Below are positions 55,549 through 64,000 of a DNA stretch of 64,000 bases, piece after piece; positions within the stretch are counted from its first letter, which is position 1; the number at the start of each line of letters is the position of its first letter. The notes beneath the pieces were generated by a model that was given only the letters and a program-made list of their open reading frames with translations, did no database searches and was not told the origin of the DNA. The stretch is from Candidatus Cacconaster caballi (GTDB lineage: Bacteria; Bacteroidota; Bacteroidia; Bacteroidales; UBA932): assembly GCA_018065695.1 (NCBI GenBank), contig JAGHST010000015.1, forward strand, positions 8,778 through 72,777, in the 5' to 3' direction. The position numbers and the translations under genes were made by a program.

Positions 55549-57426
55549 ATGAAAAAGAACAGGACAAAAATAATAAATAAGTCCGACATAATGAAGGCCA
55601 TCCATATGAGAGGCCCCATCGGCTGGACAATCGCCACACTCGCAATGTGGATTCTCGGACTCAACAAGGTCAACAAATTCAACGATAAATACAAGGAATA
55701 CAAGGGAGCCGATTTCTGCACACAGGTGCTCAAAGGCCTCGACGTGAAATATACTCTCGACTCCCAGCAATTCGATTTCATCCCTCAGGACGGACCGTTC
55801 ATCACAATCTCCAACCACCACATCGGCAGCATAGACGGAATGATACTCAGTTCCGTGATAGGTACAATGCGTCCCGATTTCAAAATCCTGACCAATTTCA
55901 TCCTGACGATGATTCCGTCTTTGAAAGACACCTTCCTGCCTGTCAACCCTTTTGCGGCGGAATTTCAGTCACATAAAAGTTTCAAGGGGCTCCGTCTGGC
56001 TGTCGAGCACGTTCGAAACGGCGGCTGCCTCGGTCTCTTCCCTGCCGGAGAAGTTGCAACCATTCAGTCGCAAAGAAAAAAGACAGCCCTCAAGAGCAGA
56101 GCGGTTGAAGATACCGTATGGCCGGACAATATGATAAAGCTCATAAGAAACGCCAATGTCCCTGTCATACCCATCTATTTCGAAGCCCATAACTCCAATA
56201 TGTTCCATCTCCTCGGAATGATTCATCCTCTTCTGCGTACTGCCCGCCTCATACGTGAGATGTTCAACAAGAAGGGAATGGTCGTGCCGATGAGAATAGG
56301 AAAACCTATCCTTCCGAACGAAATAGCAGAATATCAGGACAATACCCAGCTTGGTGCTTACCTTCGCAGCCGCATTTATGTAATGGAGGCGGAATTCAAC
56401 AACTCCAACACGGCACTGCTCGCTCCCCCTGAGACAGTAACCCCTATCGCCCTTCCGAAAGACAAGAAAGCACTGCTTAAAGAGATTGTGGCGCTTAAGA
56501 ATTCGGGCAAGAAGCTGTTTGAAGCGGCCTCATATCAATGTTATCTCGCTGATTATGCGGATATTCCTATAACAATGCTAGAGCTTGGCCGCCGGCGTGA
56601 ACAGGCCTTCAGAGCTACAGGCGAAGGCTCCAACAAGGCTATCGACGTGGACCAGTACGACAAGTATTACAAACATCTCATACTCTGGGATTTCAAGCAA
56701 AAGAAAATAGCAGGCGCATATCGCCTCGGCATAGGCAGCGAGATTTTCGAGCACCACGGTGGAGTTTCCGGTTTCTATACCAGTTCCCTTTTCAACTATT
56801 CGCAGGATTTCGTTGACAACTATTTGAAATACACCATCGAACTCGGAAGAAGTTTTGTCAGCGTGGATTACCAGAAAGAAGCCCTTCCTTTGATGCTTCT
56901 CATCAAAGGCTTGATGTTCAGTCTTATGCGCTATCCTGATGCCAGATATTTCATAGGCCCGGTAAGCATAAGCAACTCATATCCGAAGCTCTATCAGAGC
57001 CTTATGGTGTACTACCTCAACAATATGCACCACGCACGGCTGAACGAGAACGACGCTACCCCGACAACTCCGTTCACTCCCGACTATCTGCTCATCAATC
57101 CGAAAGACCTCCTCCGACGCAAGATGGACAATTTCGAGAAGTTCGACCGCTTCCTGATGCGTATCTCCAACAACAAATACAGAATTCCTACTCTCGTCAA
57201 GAAATATATAAAAATCAACGCAAGAATCATCTGCTTCAACGTCGATCCTCTCTTCAACTACAGCCTCGACGGTCTGATCCTGCTCAAAATCGACGAGTAT
57301 CCCCGCTTCGAACTTCTTGCCATGACCAAAGATATGGGGAACGTCCAGGAGCGCGAAGCAATTATGAACCGCTTCGGCTACACTCTCAAGGATGACAGTA
57401 ACGTTGCGCACCGGCATTCTTCCTGA
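55549..57426 (+). CDS. bifunctional O-acyltransferase / GNAT-type N-acyltransferase (OlsF-like aminolipid synthase)
   Basis: N-terminal LPLAT domain (ISNHHIGSIDG = HX4D; FPAGEVA). C-terminal OlsB/hemolysin-like GNAT (LELGRRREQAFRATGEG...DQYDKYYKHLILWD...AGAYRL). Confidence 0.75.
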   Translation: MKKNRTKIINKSDIMKAIHMRGPIGWTIATLAMWILGLNKVNKFNDKYKEYKGADFCTQVLKGLDVKYTLDSQQFDFIPQDGPFITISNHHIGSIDGMILSSVIGTMRPDFKILTNFILTMIPSLKDTFLPVNPFAAEFQSHKSFKGLRLAVEHVRNGGCLGLFPAGEVATIQSQRKKTALKSRAVEDTVWPDNMIKLIRNANVPVIPIYFEAHNSNMFHLLGMIHPLLRTARLIREMFNKKGMVVPMRIGKPILPNEIAEYQDNTQLGAYLRSRIYVMEAEFNNSNTALLAPPETVTPIALPKDKKALLKEIVALKNSGKKLFEAASYQCYLADYADIPITMLELGRRREQAFRATGEGSNKAIDVDQYDKYYKHLILWDFKQKKIAGAYRLGIGSEIFEHHGGVSGFYTSSLFNYSQDFVDNYLKYTIELGRSFVSVDYQKEALPLMLLIKGLMFSLMRYPDARYFIGPVSISNSYPKLYQSLMVYYLNNMHHARLNENDATPTTPFTPDYLLINPKDLLRRKMDNFEKFDRFLMRISNNKYRIPTLVKKYIKINARIICFNVDPLFNYSLDGLILLKIDEYPRFELLAMTKDMGNVQEREAIMNRFGYTLKDDSNVAHRHSS

Positions 57427-57511
57427 CTTTATCAGTGCGTCACCCATTTGGCGTTAGCCAGTCACCAATCAGAAATGCATAAGTACCAGGACATCAACCT
57501 GAAGCTGCTTC

Positions 57512-57757
57512 TCAGGGCACAGGGTCGTATCCGCTGCCGCCCCACGGCGCACAGCGCAGAATTCTTCTCAAGGCCAGAAACGAACCTTTCAGCAGACCGT
57601 GTTTTCTGAGCGCTTCAAGCGCATAGTTTGAACAGGTGGGGGTGTATCTGCATTGCCGCCCCATATATGGCGACAGGAATATCTGATAGAATCTGATGAG
57701 CTTAACCGGCAGCCAGATCAGAAATGATCGCACGGATGCTCTTTGCGATGGTGTCAT
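57512..57757 (-). CDS. yidD: membrane protein insertion efficiency factor YidD
   Basis: [31 protein letters not shown]...GYDPVP. ATG 57755-57757 chosen; overlaps the rnpA 3' end. Confidence 0.88.
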   Translation of the reverse strand: MTPSQRASVRSFLIWLPVKLIRFYQIFLSPYMGRQCRYTPTCSNYALEALRKHGLLKGSFLALRRILRCAPWGGSGYDPVP

Positions 57758-58007
57758 AACTTTCCTCCTGCTGGCCTGCATAAAAGAAAAATATGTTGAG
57801 TGAGCGTCCTTCAAGCGGGACGCAGTTCAGTCTGTATGCCTCCCTCATTCTGCGTTTCAGCAGATTGCGCTTGACTGCCCTTTTGAAGTTGCGCTTGGGT
57901 ACGGTGAACACCAACTCTCCCTGTCCCTTTTCAAATGTGGCCCTGACGGGATATTTGAAAACAGTTTTACCGTTTTTCAGAAGAGAGAGGATGTCGTTTC
58001 GCCTCAT
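57702..58007 (-). CDS. rnpA: ribonuclease P protein component
   Basis: 101 aa, basic, with RNR-type motif [18 protein letters not shown]. Confidence 0.88.
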   Translation of the reverse strand: MRRNDILSLLKNGKTVFKYPVRATFEKGQGELVFTVPKRNFKRAVKRNLLKRRMREAYRLNCVPLEGRSLNIFFFYAGQQEESYDTIAKSIRAIISDLAAG

Positions 58008-58747
58008 CTTCCGTTTTCTTCTAGATACTTGAGAAGAGCCTGTGCTATGGAAGGGGCGCCTGGAGAAGGAGCTTCAATGCCGACATTCAATCCGGCCTCT
58101 CTGGCAGCTTTGGCTGTTGACGGACCGTATGTGGCGATTACGCTCTCACCCTGTTTGAACTCCTTGAAATTCTCAAAAAGAGACTTGACATCGGAAGGAC
58201 TGTAAAAAGCAAGCACTTGATAATCGGAAAGATTCAGGCCTGAAACGTCGTTGTGTATCGTGCGGGCAAGAACCACGCTGCCGTGCTTGAGCCTGGCTTT
58301 GGTGAAGATGCTGTCAACATCTTCTTTCAGGTTGTCTGTACAGGTGATGAGGAAATTGTCGGCCTTGTGCTTTGCGCCTATCGCCTCCACCATTGAGGCA
58401 ACAGTACCGGAGCCGAAGAAAATCTTGCGCTTGCGGTAAACTATATATTTCTGAAGATACAGGGCGATGGCCTCGCTCTGGCAGAAATATTTCATCGTAT
58501 CGGGGACAATCACCCTTGTCTGCTCACATATCTTGAAGAAGGAATCGATGGCGATACGTGAAGTGAAAACAATTGCGGAATAGTCCAGAATCGCCACGTG
58601 CTGCGAAACAAAATCGCGCTGCGAGACCCCCTCCACACTGAAGAAAGGTCGGAAATCGATTTTCACCCCGTACTTTGAGATTATCTCTGAATACGGAGAA
58701 GTCCCTGACGGAGCCGATTGTGAGATAAGAACGTTCTTAATTTGCAT
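58004..58747 (-). CDS. uroporphyrinogen-III synthase-like (HemD fold) protein
   Basis: 247 aa with two-lobed HemD-like pattern. ATGA coupling to rnpA. Confidence 0.65.
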   Translation of the reverse strand: MQIKNVLISQSAPSGTSPYSEIISKYGVKIDFRPFFSVEGVSQRDFVSQHVAILDYSAIVFTSRIAIDSFFKICEQTRVIVPDTMKYFCQSEAIALYLQKYIVYRKRKIFFGSGTVASMVEAIGAKHKADNFLITCTDNLKEDVDSIFTKARLKHGSVVLARTIHNDVSGLNLSDYQVLAFYSPSDVKSLFENFKEFKQGESVIATYGPSTAKAAREAGLNVGIEAPSPGAPSIAQALLKYLEENGR

Positions 58748-59429
58748 TAGTCAAAAAAACTGCTTTTACTACCACCATAATCGGAAGAATTTCGAGCGCG
58801 CAAAGATACAAAATTCTGAAAAAACCAGACAATCCCGAAGAAATAAAAATTTTGTTGATTCTGACAAAGTAGATGAAAAGCAATACAATAGCCACTACAA
58901 TAACGTACAGGGCCGGTATGTTGGATGAAACATTATCCGTAAGCAGCTGCGGAATCAGGGCAGGAAGCGAAAAAACCATCAGCAGAAAAGATGCGGCATT
59001 GCTGGCCTTTTCCACATCCAGAAAAGTTTCCTTCTTGTTGACCGCCCAGCTCAAAAGTCTGAAGAGAACAGCCTTGTAGAAGAAATAGGCCGCCAATGAG
59101 CCGAGAACGGCCCAATAAGAAAAGGAGCTCATTTCCGTATTGAAAAAAACGAATGCCCAGAAAGGTACGGAAATGAGAAAACTGATTGTTACGGAATCGT
59201 TCTTGTGCTTGCTGCTTTGGATGTTCTTCAGATTGACGCCACCGACAAGCAGTTTGATGGAGATGACAAGAGCCTCTGCAATTCTGCCGTAAATGATGAT
59301 GGCCAGCACCATCAGCATCAAAAGGAAATAAACTACGATGGGATCTGCCGAAGAATGCAGAATCGGCTCACCTCCGGAAAGCCTGTCAAGCACCAGCCTG
59401 CTGCCCGGCCATATCTCCAACACTCCCAT
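58737..59429 (-). CDS. polytopic membrane protein (DUF4271-like)
   Basis: ATG 59427-59429 sits 1 nt after the yciH stop. About 6 TM helices. The track N-terminal extension overlaps yciH. Confidence 0.6.
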   Translation of the reverse strand: MGVLEIWPGSRLVLDRLSGGEPILHSSADPIVVYFLLMLMVLAIIIYGRIAEALVISIKLLVGGVNLKNIQSSKHKNDSVTISFLISVPFWAFVFFNTEMSSFSYWAVLGSLAAYFFYKAVLFRLLSWAVNKKETFLDVEKASNAASFLLMVFSLPALIPQLLTDNVSSNIPALYVIVVAIVLLFIYFVRINKIFISSGLSGFFRILYLCALEILPIMVVVKAVFLTNAN

Positions 59430-59430
59430 A

Positions 59431-59781
59431 TCAGTTGCCACGCTTGGCCCTGTAACCGAGGCCGGTAAGAATTTCAACCACCTTGTTGCGGAAATCACCC
59501 TGCAAAAGGATTTCACCATCCTTGACGGAACCTCCTGCACCGCAACGGGTCTTAAGAGATTTGCCGAGCTCCTGAAGCAGTCCCTCCCCTCCGGTGAAGC
59601 CTGTCACCAGTGTAACCTGCTTCCCCGCGCGCCTTCTGCGGTCGATGGAGACTATGAGATTGCCGCAGGCCGAAGGAGACGGTACGACGGATTTCTGATT
59701 CTCCGGCGCCTTCTCCGGCGTCACTGTAGCCGGATCTAATGCGAACGCATCGGCAAGTTTGCTCTTCCAATCTTCCTGCAT
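59431..59781 (-). CDS. yciH: SUI1/YciH-family translation initiation factor
   Basis: C-terminal SUI1 domain RRRAGKQVTLVTGF...CGAGGSVKDGEILLQGDFR. Confidence 0.85.
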   Translation of the reverse strand: MQEDWKSKLADAFALDPATVTPEKAPENQKSVVPSPSACGNLIVSIDRRRRAGKQVTLVTGFTGGEGLLQELGKSLKTRCGAGGSVKDGEILLQGDFRNKVVEILTGLGYRAKRGN

Positions 59782-59797
59782 AAAGCTGATTTTTTCG

Positions 59798-59825
59798 CAA
59801 AGTTAGTGATAAAACCTTATCTTTG
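59798..59825. promoter_or_regulatory. divergent -7 boxes for yciH (minus) and the DUF2723 gene (plus)
   Basis: Minus TAACTTTG (59798-59805) and plus TATCTTTG (59818-59825). Both are exact TAnnTTTG. Confidence 0.45.
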
Positions 59826-59852
59826 CTTTTTACAGAAAATTTTTGAACGAAT

Positions 59853-62800
59853 ATGGATAAAAAACAGTTCAACAGGATAAACAGGATAGTGTCGCTGGTT
59901 GTTCTGGCACTCTCTTCTCTGGTTTATCTATTGACTATCGAACCCACCACCAGCTTCTGGGACTGCGGTGAGTTCATTGCCTCTTCATACAAACTGGAAG
60001 TCGGCCACCCGCCGGGAAATCCGTCATTCAACCTGTTCGCCAGATTTTTCACAATGTTCACCGGAGCGGAGCACGCTGCCGTAGCTGTAAATGCCATGAG
60101 CGCCCTCTGCTCGGCATTCACCATTTTCTTTCTTTATCTGACAATAGTCCATTTCGGCCGCCGCTTGTTTGAAATAAGAGGCAGAAGACTCTCCACGGGC
60201 AATGTCATCGCCCTTCTCGGCGCCGGCTTCATCGGAGCCATGGCCTACTGCTTCTCCGACACCTTCTGGTTCTCCGCCGTGGAAGGAGAAGTATATGCGA
60301 TGTCATCCCTCTTCACGGCCGTAGTCTTCTGGGCCATCCTCAAATGGGAGGAGCAGTATGACAGTCCTTATGCAAACCGCTGGATAGTGCTCATCTGCTT
60401 TCTGATGGGTATATCAATAGGCGTGCACCTGCTCAACCTGCTCACCATTCCGGCGCTGGTCTTCATATGCTACTACAAGACACACGGCGGGCCGGTCACC
60501 TTTATGAAGGCTTTCGGAGTCCTCTGCCTCTCCGGAGTGATTCTGGCAGTCATCCTCTTCGGCATCATTCCATTCCTGCCCCGCCTGGCGGCATTTTTCG
60601 ACAGAATTTTCGTCAACGGCTTCGGAGCAAAGTTCAACGTGGGCGCCTCCATTTTCATGTTCCTTCTTCTTGCAGCGTGCCTGACGGCGCTACTGCTGTT
60701 TAGAAAGAAAGACAAGCCACTGTCCCATACCATAACACTGTGCTTCACCTCCATTGTCATCGGCTATTCCCTCTTTGCGATAACCGTGATACGTTCCTCA
60801 GCCGGCACCCCCACCAACGAATATCAGCCCGACAATCCTTACACCCTGATACGCTATCTCGGCCGCGAACAGTATGGTTCCAACCCAATTCTCTACGGAC
60901 AGGCCTTCACTTCGCCTTACGAAGCTCAGATGACCGAATATTACACTCCGCTGGACGATGGCTACTACAAAGCGGAAAATATTGTCCCTGACTACCCGTC
61001 TTCAGTGAAAATGGTCTTCCCGAGAATGTGGAACGGCTTCGACCAGAAATATATAGAGTATTACGATTCTTACTGCAGTTCATTCAAGACAAAGCGCGCT
61101 ACCATCTACGGTCAGACTCGCAACGTGCAGATGCCGAAGTTTTCCGACAATCTGGCGTTCTTCTTGGAATATCAGATGGGCTTCATGTACTGGCGCTATT
61201 TTATGTGGAACTTTGTCGGCAGACAGAACGATTTCCACGGTCAGGCCCCGAACTATGCCTACGGCAACTGGGAAAGCGGAATAGGGTTCCTCGACAGAAT
61301 GCGCCTGGGAGACCAGAGGGGAGGCCCCGATGTACTCGAAAACAACAAGGGCAAGAACCACTATTTCTTCCTCCCTCTCATTCTCGGTCTGCTGGGCTTC
61401 TTCTTCCAGTTGCGTCACGACAAGCGCAACAGTTGGGTCACAGGTCTCCTTTTCCTTCTGACCGGAATCGCCATAGTCGTGTACCTCAACCAACCTCCTT
61501 TCCAGGTGCGCGAAAGGGACTATGCCTATGCCGGCTCATTCTATGTGTTTGCGCTTTGGATCGGTCTCGGCGTGCTCGCCGTTCAGCAGTGGCTTGATGA
61601 TCTCTTCAAAAAGAACAGCACTTCCGGTGCGTGCGTTGCAGTGGCGCTCTGCCTGAGCGTGCCGGTGATAATGGGCTGCGAAAACTGGGACGACCACGAC
61701 CGCAGCGGCCGTTACACCGCCCGCGACATGGCATACAACTACCTTACCACCACACTTCCAAATTCTCTGCTTGTAACCCACGGAGACAATGATACCTTCC
61801 CTCTATGGTACGCACAGGAAGTCGAAGGAATCCGCACTGACGTCAGGATAGTGAACTCGTCTCTTCTGGGCACCGACTGGTACATAGACCAGATGCAGCG
61901 CAGATTCTACGAAGCTGATCCTATAAAGTTCTCCATTCCGCGCAAACAGTATCTGTACGGAACAAACGACTTCCCTCCGATAATAGACGCAGTCAACCGC
62001 CCGGTCCTCGCTTCTGAAGCCATAGGTGTATTCACAAACCCCAAATATGTTACAAGCGACGGCAGCGACTTCATTCCGCAGCATAATATCATTCTCCCTG
62101 TCAATAAGGAGAATGCCCTCCTCAGCGGCATTGTTTCCGCAAAGTACGCCGACAGGATTGAAGACAGCATAGATTTTGAAATCCAGGGCAACAGCATCAG
62201 TAAATTCGATCTGATGATGCTTGATCTTCTGGCAAACTACGACTGGAGCCGCCCTCTGTACTTCGTATCCAAGGGCGAAACCAAACTCGGCCTTGACAAA
62301 TGGCTGCAGTACGACGGTTTCTGCTACAGACTCGTCCCTGTCAAAAAGACTGAAGATGACGGCGAATCACTGATGGACGAAGATGACCTCTATGAAAAGC
62401 TTATGAACGGCTATCGCTTCGATTCACTCAAGGCGGATGGCATCAATATAGATTATCAGAACATCTACTCGTTCTGTGCCGTATCTCCTATAAGGGATAT
62501 GTTCGTAACCGTGGCGGAGAAATATCTCGACAGGGGGGATAAGGAGCGCGCCGTAGCACTTCTTGACAGATGCATCGACGTGATGCCTCAGAAATACTAT
62601 CCGTACAATCTTTCGATGATAGGAGGCATCAACGACTGGTCGATGCTCTCGATAGTGGAAGATTATTTTGCGGCAGGCGAATTTGAAAAAGGCTCCGATG
62701 TGGCTGAGAAATTCGCCGAAGAGTGCATGAAGGCCATCTATCTCTATTCGACACCTGTCGGACCCGGCGAAGACGACATCATATCCAAGAAACATTCGGA

Positions 62801-62900
62801 TGACGTTGCCAACGAGTATCTCTATCTGATACACATCTGCAACAACTACGGTCAGAAAGAGTTGTCCGACCGTCTCAAGGAAAGAGTGAAGGCTGATTGA
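59853..62900 (+). CDS. DUF2723-family large membrane protein (glycosyltransferase-C-like) with C-terminal helical-repeat domain
   Basis: N-terminus TTSFWDCGEFIASSYKLEVGHPPGNP is the DUF2723 hallmark. About 11 TM segments plus a ~400-aa soluble C-terminal region. Confidence 0.75.
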   Translation: MDKKQFNRINRIVSLVVLALSSLVYLLTIEPTTSFWDCGEFIASSYKLEVGHPPGNPSFNLFARFFTMFTGAEHAAVAVNAMSALCSAFTIFFLYLTIVHFGRRLFEIRGRRLSTGNVIALLGAGFIGAMAYCFSDTFWFSAVEGEVYAMSSLFTAVVFWAILKWEEQYDSPYANRWIVLICFLMGISIGVHLLNLLTIPALVFICYYKTHGGPVTFMKAFGVLCLSGVILAVILFGIIPFLPRLAAFFDRIFVNGFGAKFNVGASIFMFLLLAACLTALLLFRKKDKPLSHTITLCFTSIVIGYSLFAITVIRSSAGTPTNEYQPDNPYTLIRYLGREQYGSNPILYGQAFTSPYEAQMTEYYTPLDDGYYKAENIVPDYPSSVKMVFPRMWNGFDQKYIEYYDSYCSSFKTKRATIYGQTRNVQMPKFSDNLAFFLEYQMGFMYWRYFMWNFVGRQNDFHGQAPNYAYGNWESGIGFLDRMRLGDQRGGPDVLENNKGKNHYFFLPLILGLLGFFFQLRHDKRNSWVTGLLFLLTGIAIVVYLNQPPFQVRERDYAYAGSFYVFALWIGLGVLAVQQWLDDLFKKNSTSGACVAVALCLSVPVIMGCENWDDHDRSGRYTARDMAYNYLTTTLPNSLLVTHGDNDTFPLWYAQEVEGIRTDVRIVNSSLLGTDWYIDQMQRRFYEADPIKFSIPRKQYLYGTNDFPPIIDAVNRPVLASEAIGVFTNPKYVTSDGSDFIPQHNIILPVNKENALLSGIVSAKYADRIEDSIDFEIQGNSISKFDLMMLDLLANYDWSRPLYFVSKGETKLGLDKWLQYDGFCYRLVPVKKTEDDGESLMDEDDLYEKLMNGYRFDSLKADGINIDYQNIYSFCAVSPIRDMFVTVAEKYLDRGDKERAVALLDRCIDVMPQKYYPYNLSMIGGINDWSMLSIVEDYFAAGEFEKGSDVAEKFAEECMKAIYLYSTPVGPGEDDIISKKHSDDVANEYLYLIHICNNYGQKELSDRLKERVKAD

Positions 62901-64000
62901 TTACCTGACAATGCGGACCTCTTCCGTAACGACGCGAATCTGGGATTCCTTCTGCCGCGCCTTTGAAACGGAAAGAGACTTGCCATTGTCGAAAGCCACC
63001 ATATAAGCGCCCGGGAAGCCTGCGCGCTTTACCTTTGGCAGAGCCGCGCTCGCTTCGGCGTATGTGCGGAACGCCCCGACGGTATATATATACTTGCCCG
63101 TGGAACCTTTCTTGACAAATACCGGACTCAGGCCCTTCAGAGCCGAATTCTTCGCTTTGTATGCCGATGCGAATATCTGTATCTGATAGATGATTCCGTC
63201 AGGAATGTCACTCTCTATCAGTGTTGCCTCCTTGCCAATTTTGAAGGTGTAGTCCTCCTGCCCCTCGGGCTCTTCGAACGTCAGTTGCGGCGCACTGCGC
63301 AGCGAGTGTTTTGCAAACTGCCAGTTTCCGCTGTCCGGGGCCTTCTGAGACATCAGGCTGAGAGCCATAGCCTCCGACTGGGGAATCATCCTGCACAGAT
63401 AATTGTCATACTTGACAACATAGATTACTACCGAGGAGGCATCACACTCCCTGTTGGAGGCGAACACTATGTAACGGCCGTCCGCCGACTGTGTGTAGAG
63501 AAGGTCGTCCGCTACGGAAGAGAATGGGAAGCCAATATTCTGCAAAGGCCCCCACTGCTGAGCGGATTCATCGTAGCGGCTTACGTACAGGTCGTATCCT
63601 CCCATTCCGAACAGTCCGTCAGATGAGATGTAGAGCTCCTTGCCGTCGGGAGAAAGCATCGGGAAGATTTCCGATTTCGCAGAAACCATTTCCCTGCTGA
63701 CAACCGTCGGAGCGCTCCACAGAACACTGTCAATGCGAGACGTCTCGCAAATGTCCCCGTCCTTGGAAATATAATATTTCGATGCGCCTTCCGGATAATA
63801 ATTGCCGTCAGACGTCCAGCTTCTGTCGGCGAGATGGGAGTACCAGAGGAAGAAATCCTTGCGCGGGACCGTCTTTTTTGCAATCAGAGCAGGGGATGCG
63901 GCAAACTGCAGCATCGACTGACCGTTCTGCGAAAGAAGAAGCTTTTCGAAGATGCTGTCCTTTTCAGCCTGATCGGTGGCTGAGGAAAGAAGCTTCTCGT
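62901..64000 (-). CDS. PD40-repeat plus C-terminal SPOR-domain protein, 5' end outside window
   Basis: SPOR-like C-terminus (IQIFASAYKAKNS...YTVGAFRTYAEASAALPKVKRAGFPGAYMVAF). The frame has no stop between 63914 and 64000, so the true start is probably beyond the window. The stop abuts the DUF2723 stop with zero spacer. Confidence 0.7.
   Translation of the reverse strand, partial: EKLLSSATDQAEKDSIFEKLLLSQNGQSMLQFAASPALIAKKTVPRKDFFLWYSHLADRSWTSDGNYYPEGASKYYISKDGDICETSRIDSVLWSAPTVVSREMVSAKSEIFPMLSPDGKELYISSDGLFGMGGYDLYVSRYDESAQQWGPLQNIGFPFSSVADDLLYTQSADGRYIVFASNRECDASSVVIYVVKYDNYLCRMIPQSEAMALSLMSQKAPDSGNWQFAKHSLRSAPQLTFEEPEGQEDYTFKIGKEATLIESDIPDGIIYQIQIFASAYKAKNSALKGLSPVFVKKGSTGKYIYTVGAFRTYAEASAALPKVKRAGFPGAYMVAFDNGKSLSVSKARQKESQIRVVTEEVRIVR

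Noticed and set aside
55500-55781. Track start of uvrC at 55781 (589 aa)
   Set aside because: The extra 94 residues are hydrophobic or AT-rich-encoded and have no UvrC similarity. They also run through the divergent OlsF-like gene start and promoter region.

Overview
Gene-dense chromosomal segment with about 60 CDS and 2 tRNAs. There is no rRNA, CRISPR array, prophage or recognisable IS. It looks Bacteroidota/Bacteroidales-like: TAnnTTTG -7 promoter boxes, no Shine-Dalgarno sequences, BACON-type lipoproteins, a Reg_prop/Y_Y_Y sensor domain, the DUF4271-hemD-rnpA-yidD cluster, DUF2723 and a class II RNR. Most content is housekeeping: mutS2, cdaA, rpsL-rpsG-fusA-rpsJ, U32 peptidase plus polyprenyl synthase, rsgA, ctp, rdgB, recO, dnaE, gpmI, rnr, groES/EL, menG-menA, ispE, nrdJ, sufB-(pnuC-like)-sufC-sufD, rbfA, tyrS, tadA, uvrC, rnpA and yidD. 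Genes are packed very tightly, with many ATGA/TGATG couplings and several convergent 3' overlaps. The only accessory-looking spot is 30.8-32.5 kb: a 516-nt spacer with inverted repeats and a visibly GC-rich, helix-forming leader, followed by an Rpn-family PD-(D/E)XK nuclease gene with a 9 x 12-nt coding repeat. The most interesting leads are listed here.
- The Rpn locus may be a gene-within-gene toxin/antitoxin with a structured leader.
- A kinase-less periplasmic sensor-domain protein heads an operon with two EEP phosphoesterases and a HAD phosphatase.
- A PnuC-family vitamin transporter is translationally coupled inside the suf operon.
- A ThiL-like ORF has replaced its acidic catalytic motifs.
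- UvrC is internally shortened.
- There is an OlsF-like fused aminolipid acyltransferase.
- A 969-aa protein combines HExxH, a beta-propeller and a putative barrel.
- A tRNA(CAT) has a swapped T54/A58 pair and sits where rplC would normally follow rpsJ.
All calls come from reading the ORF translations and the sequence by eye. No database search was run.
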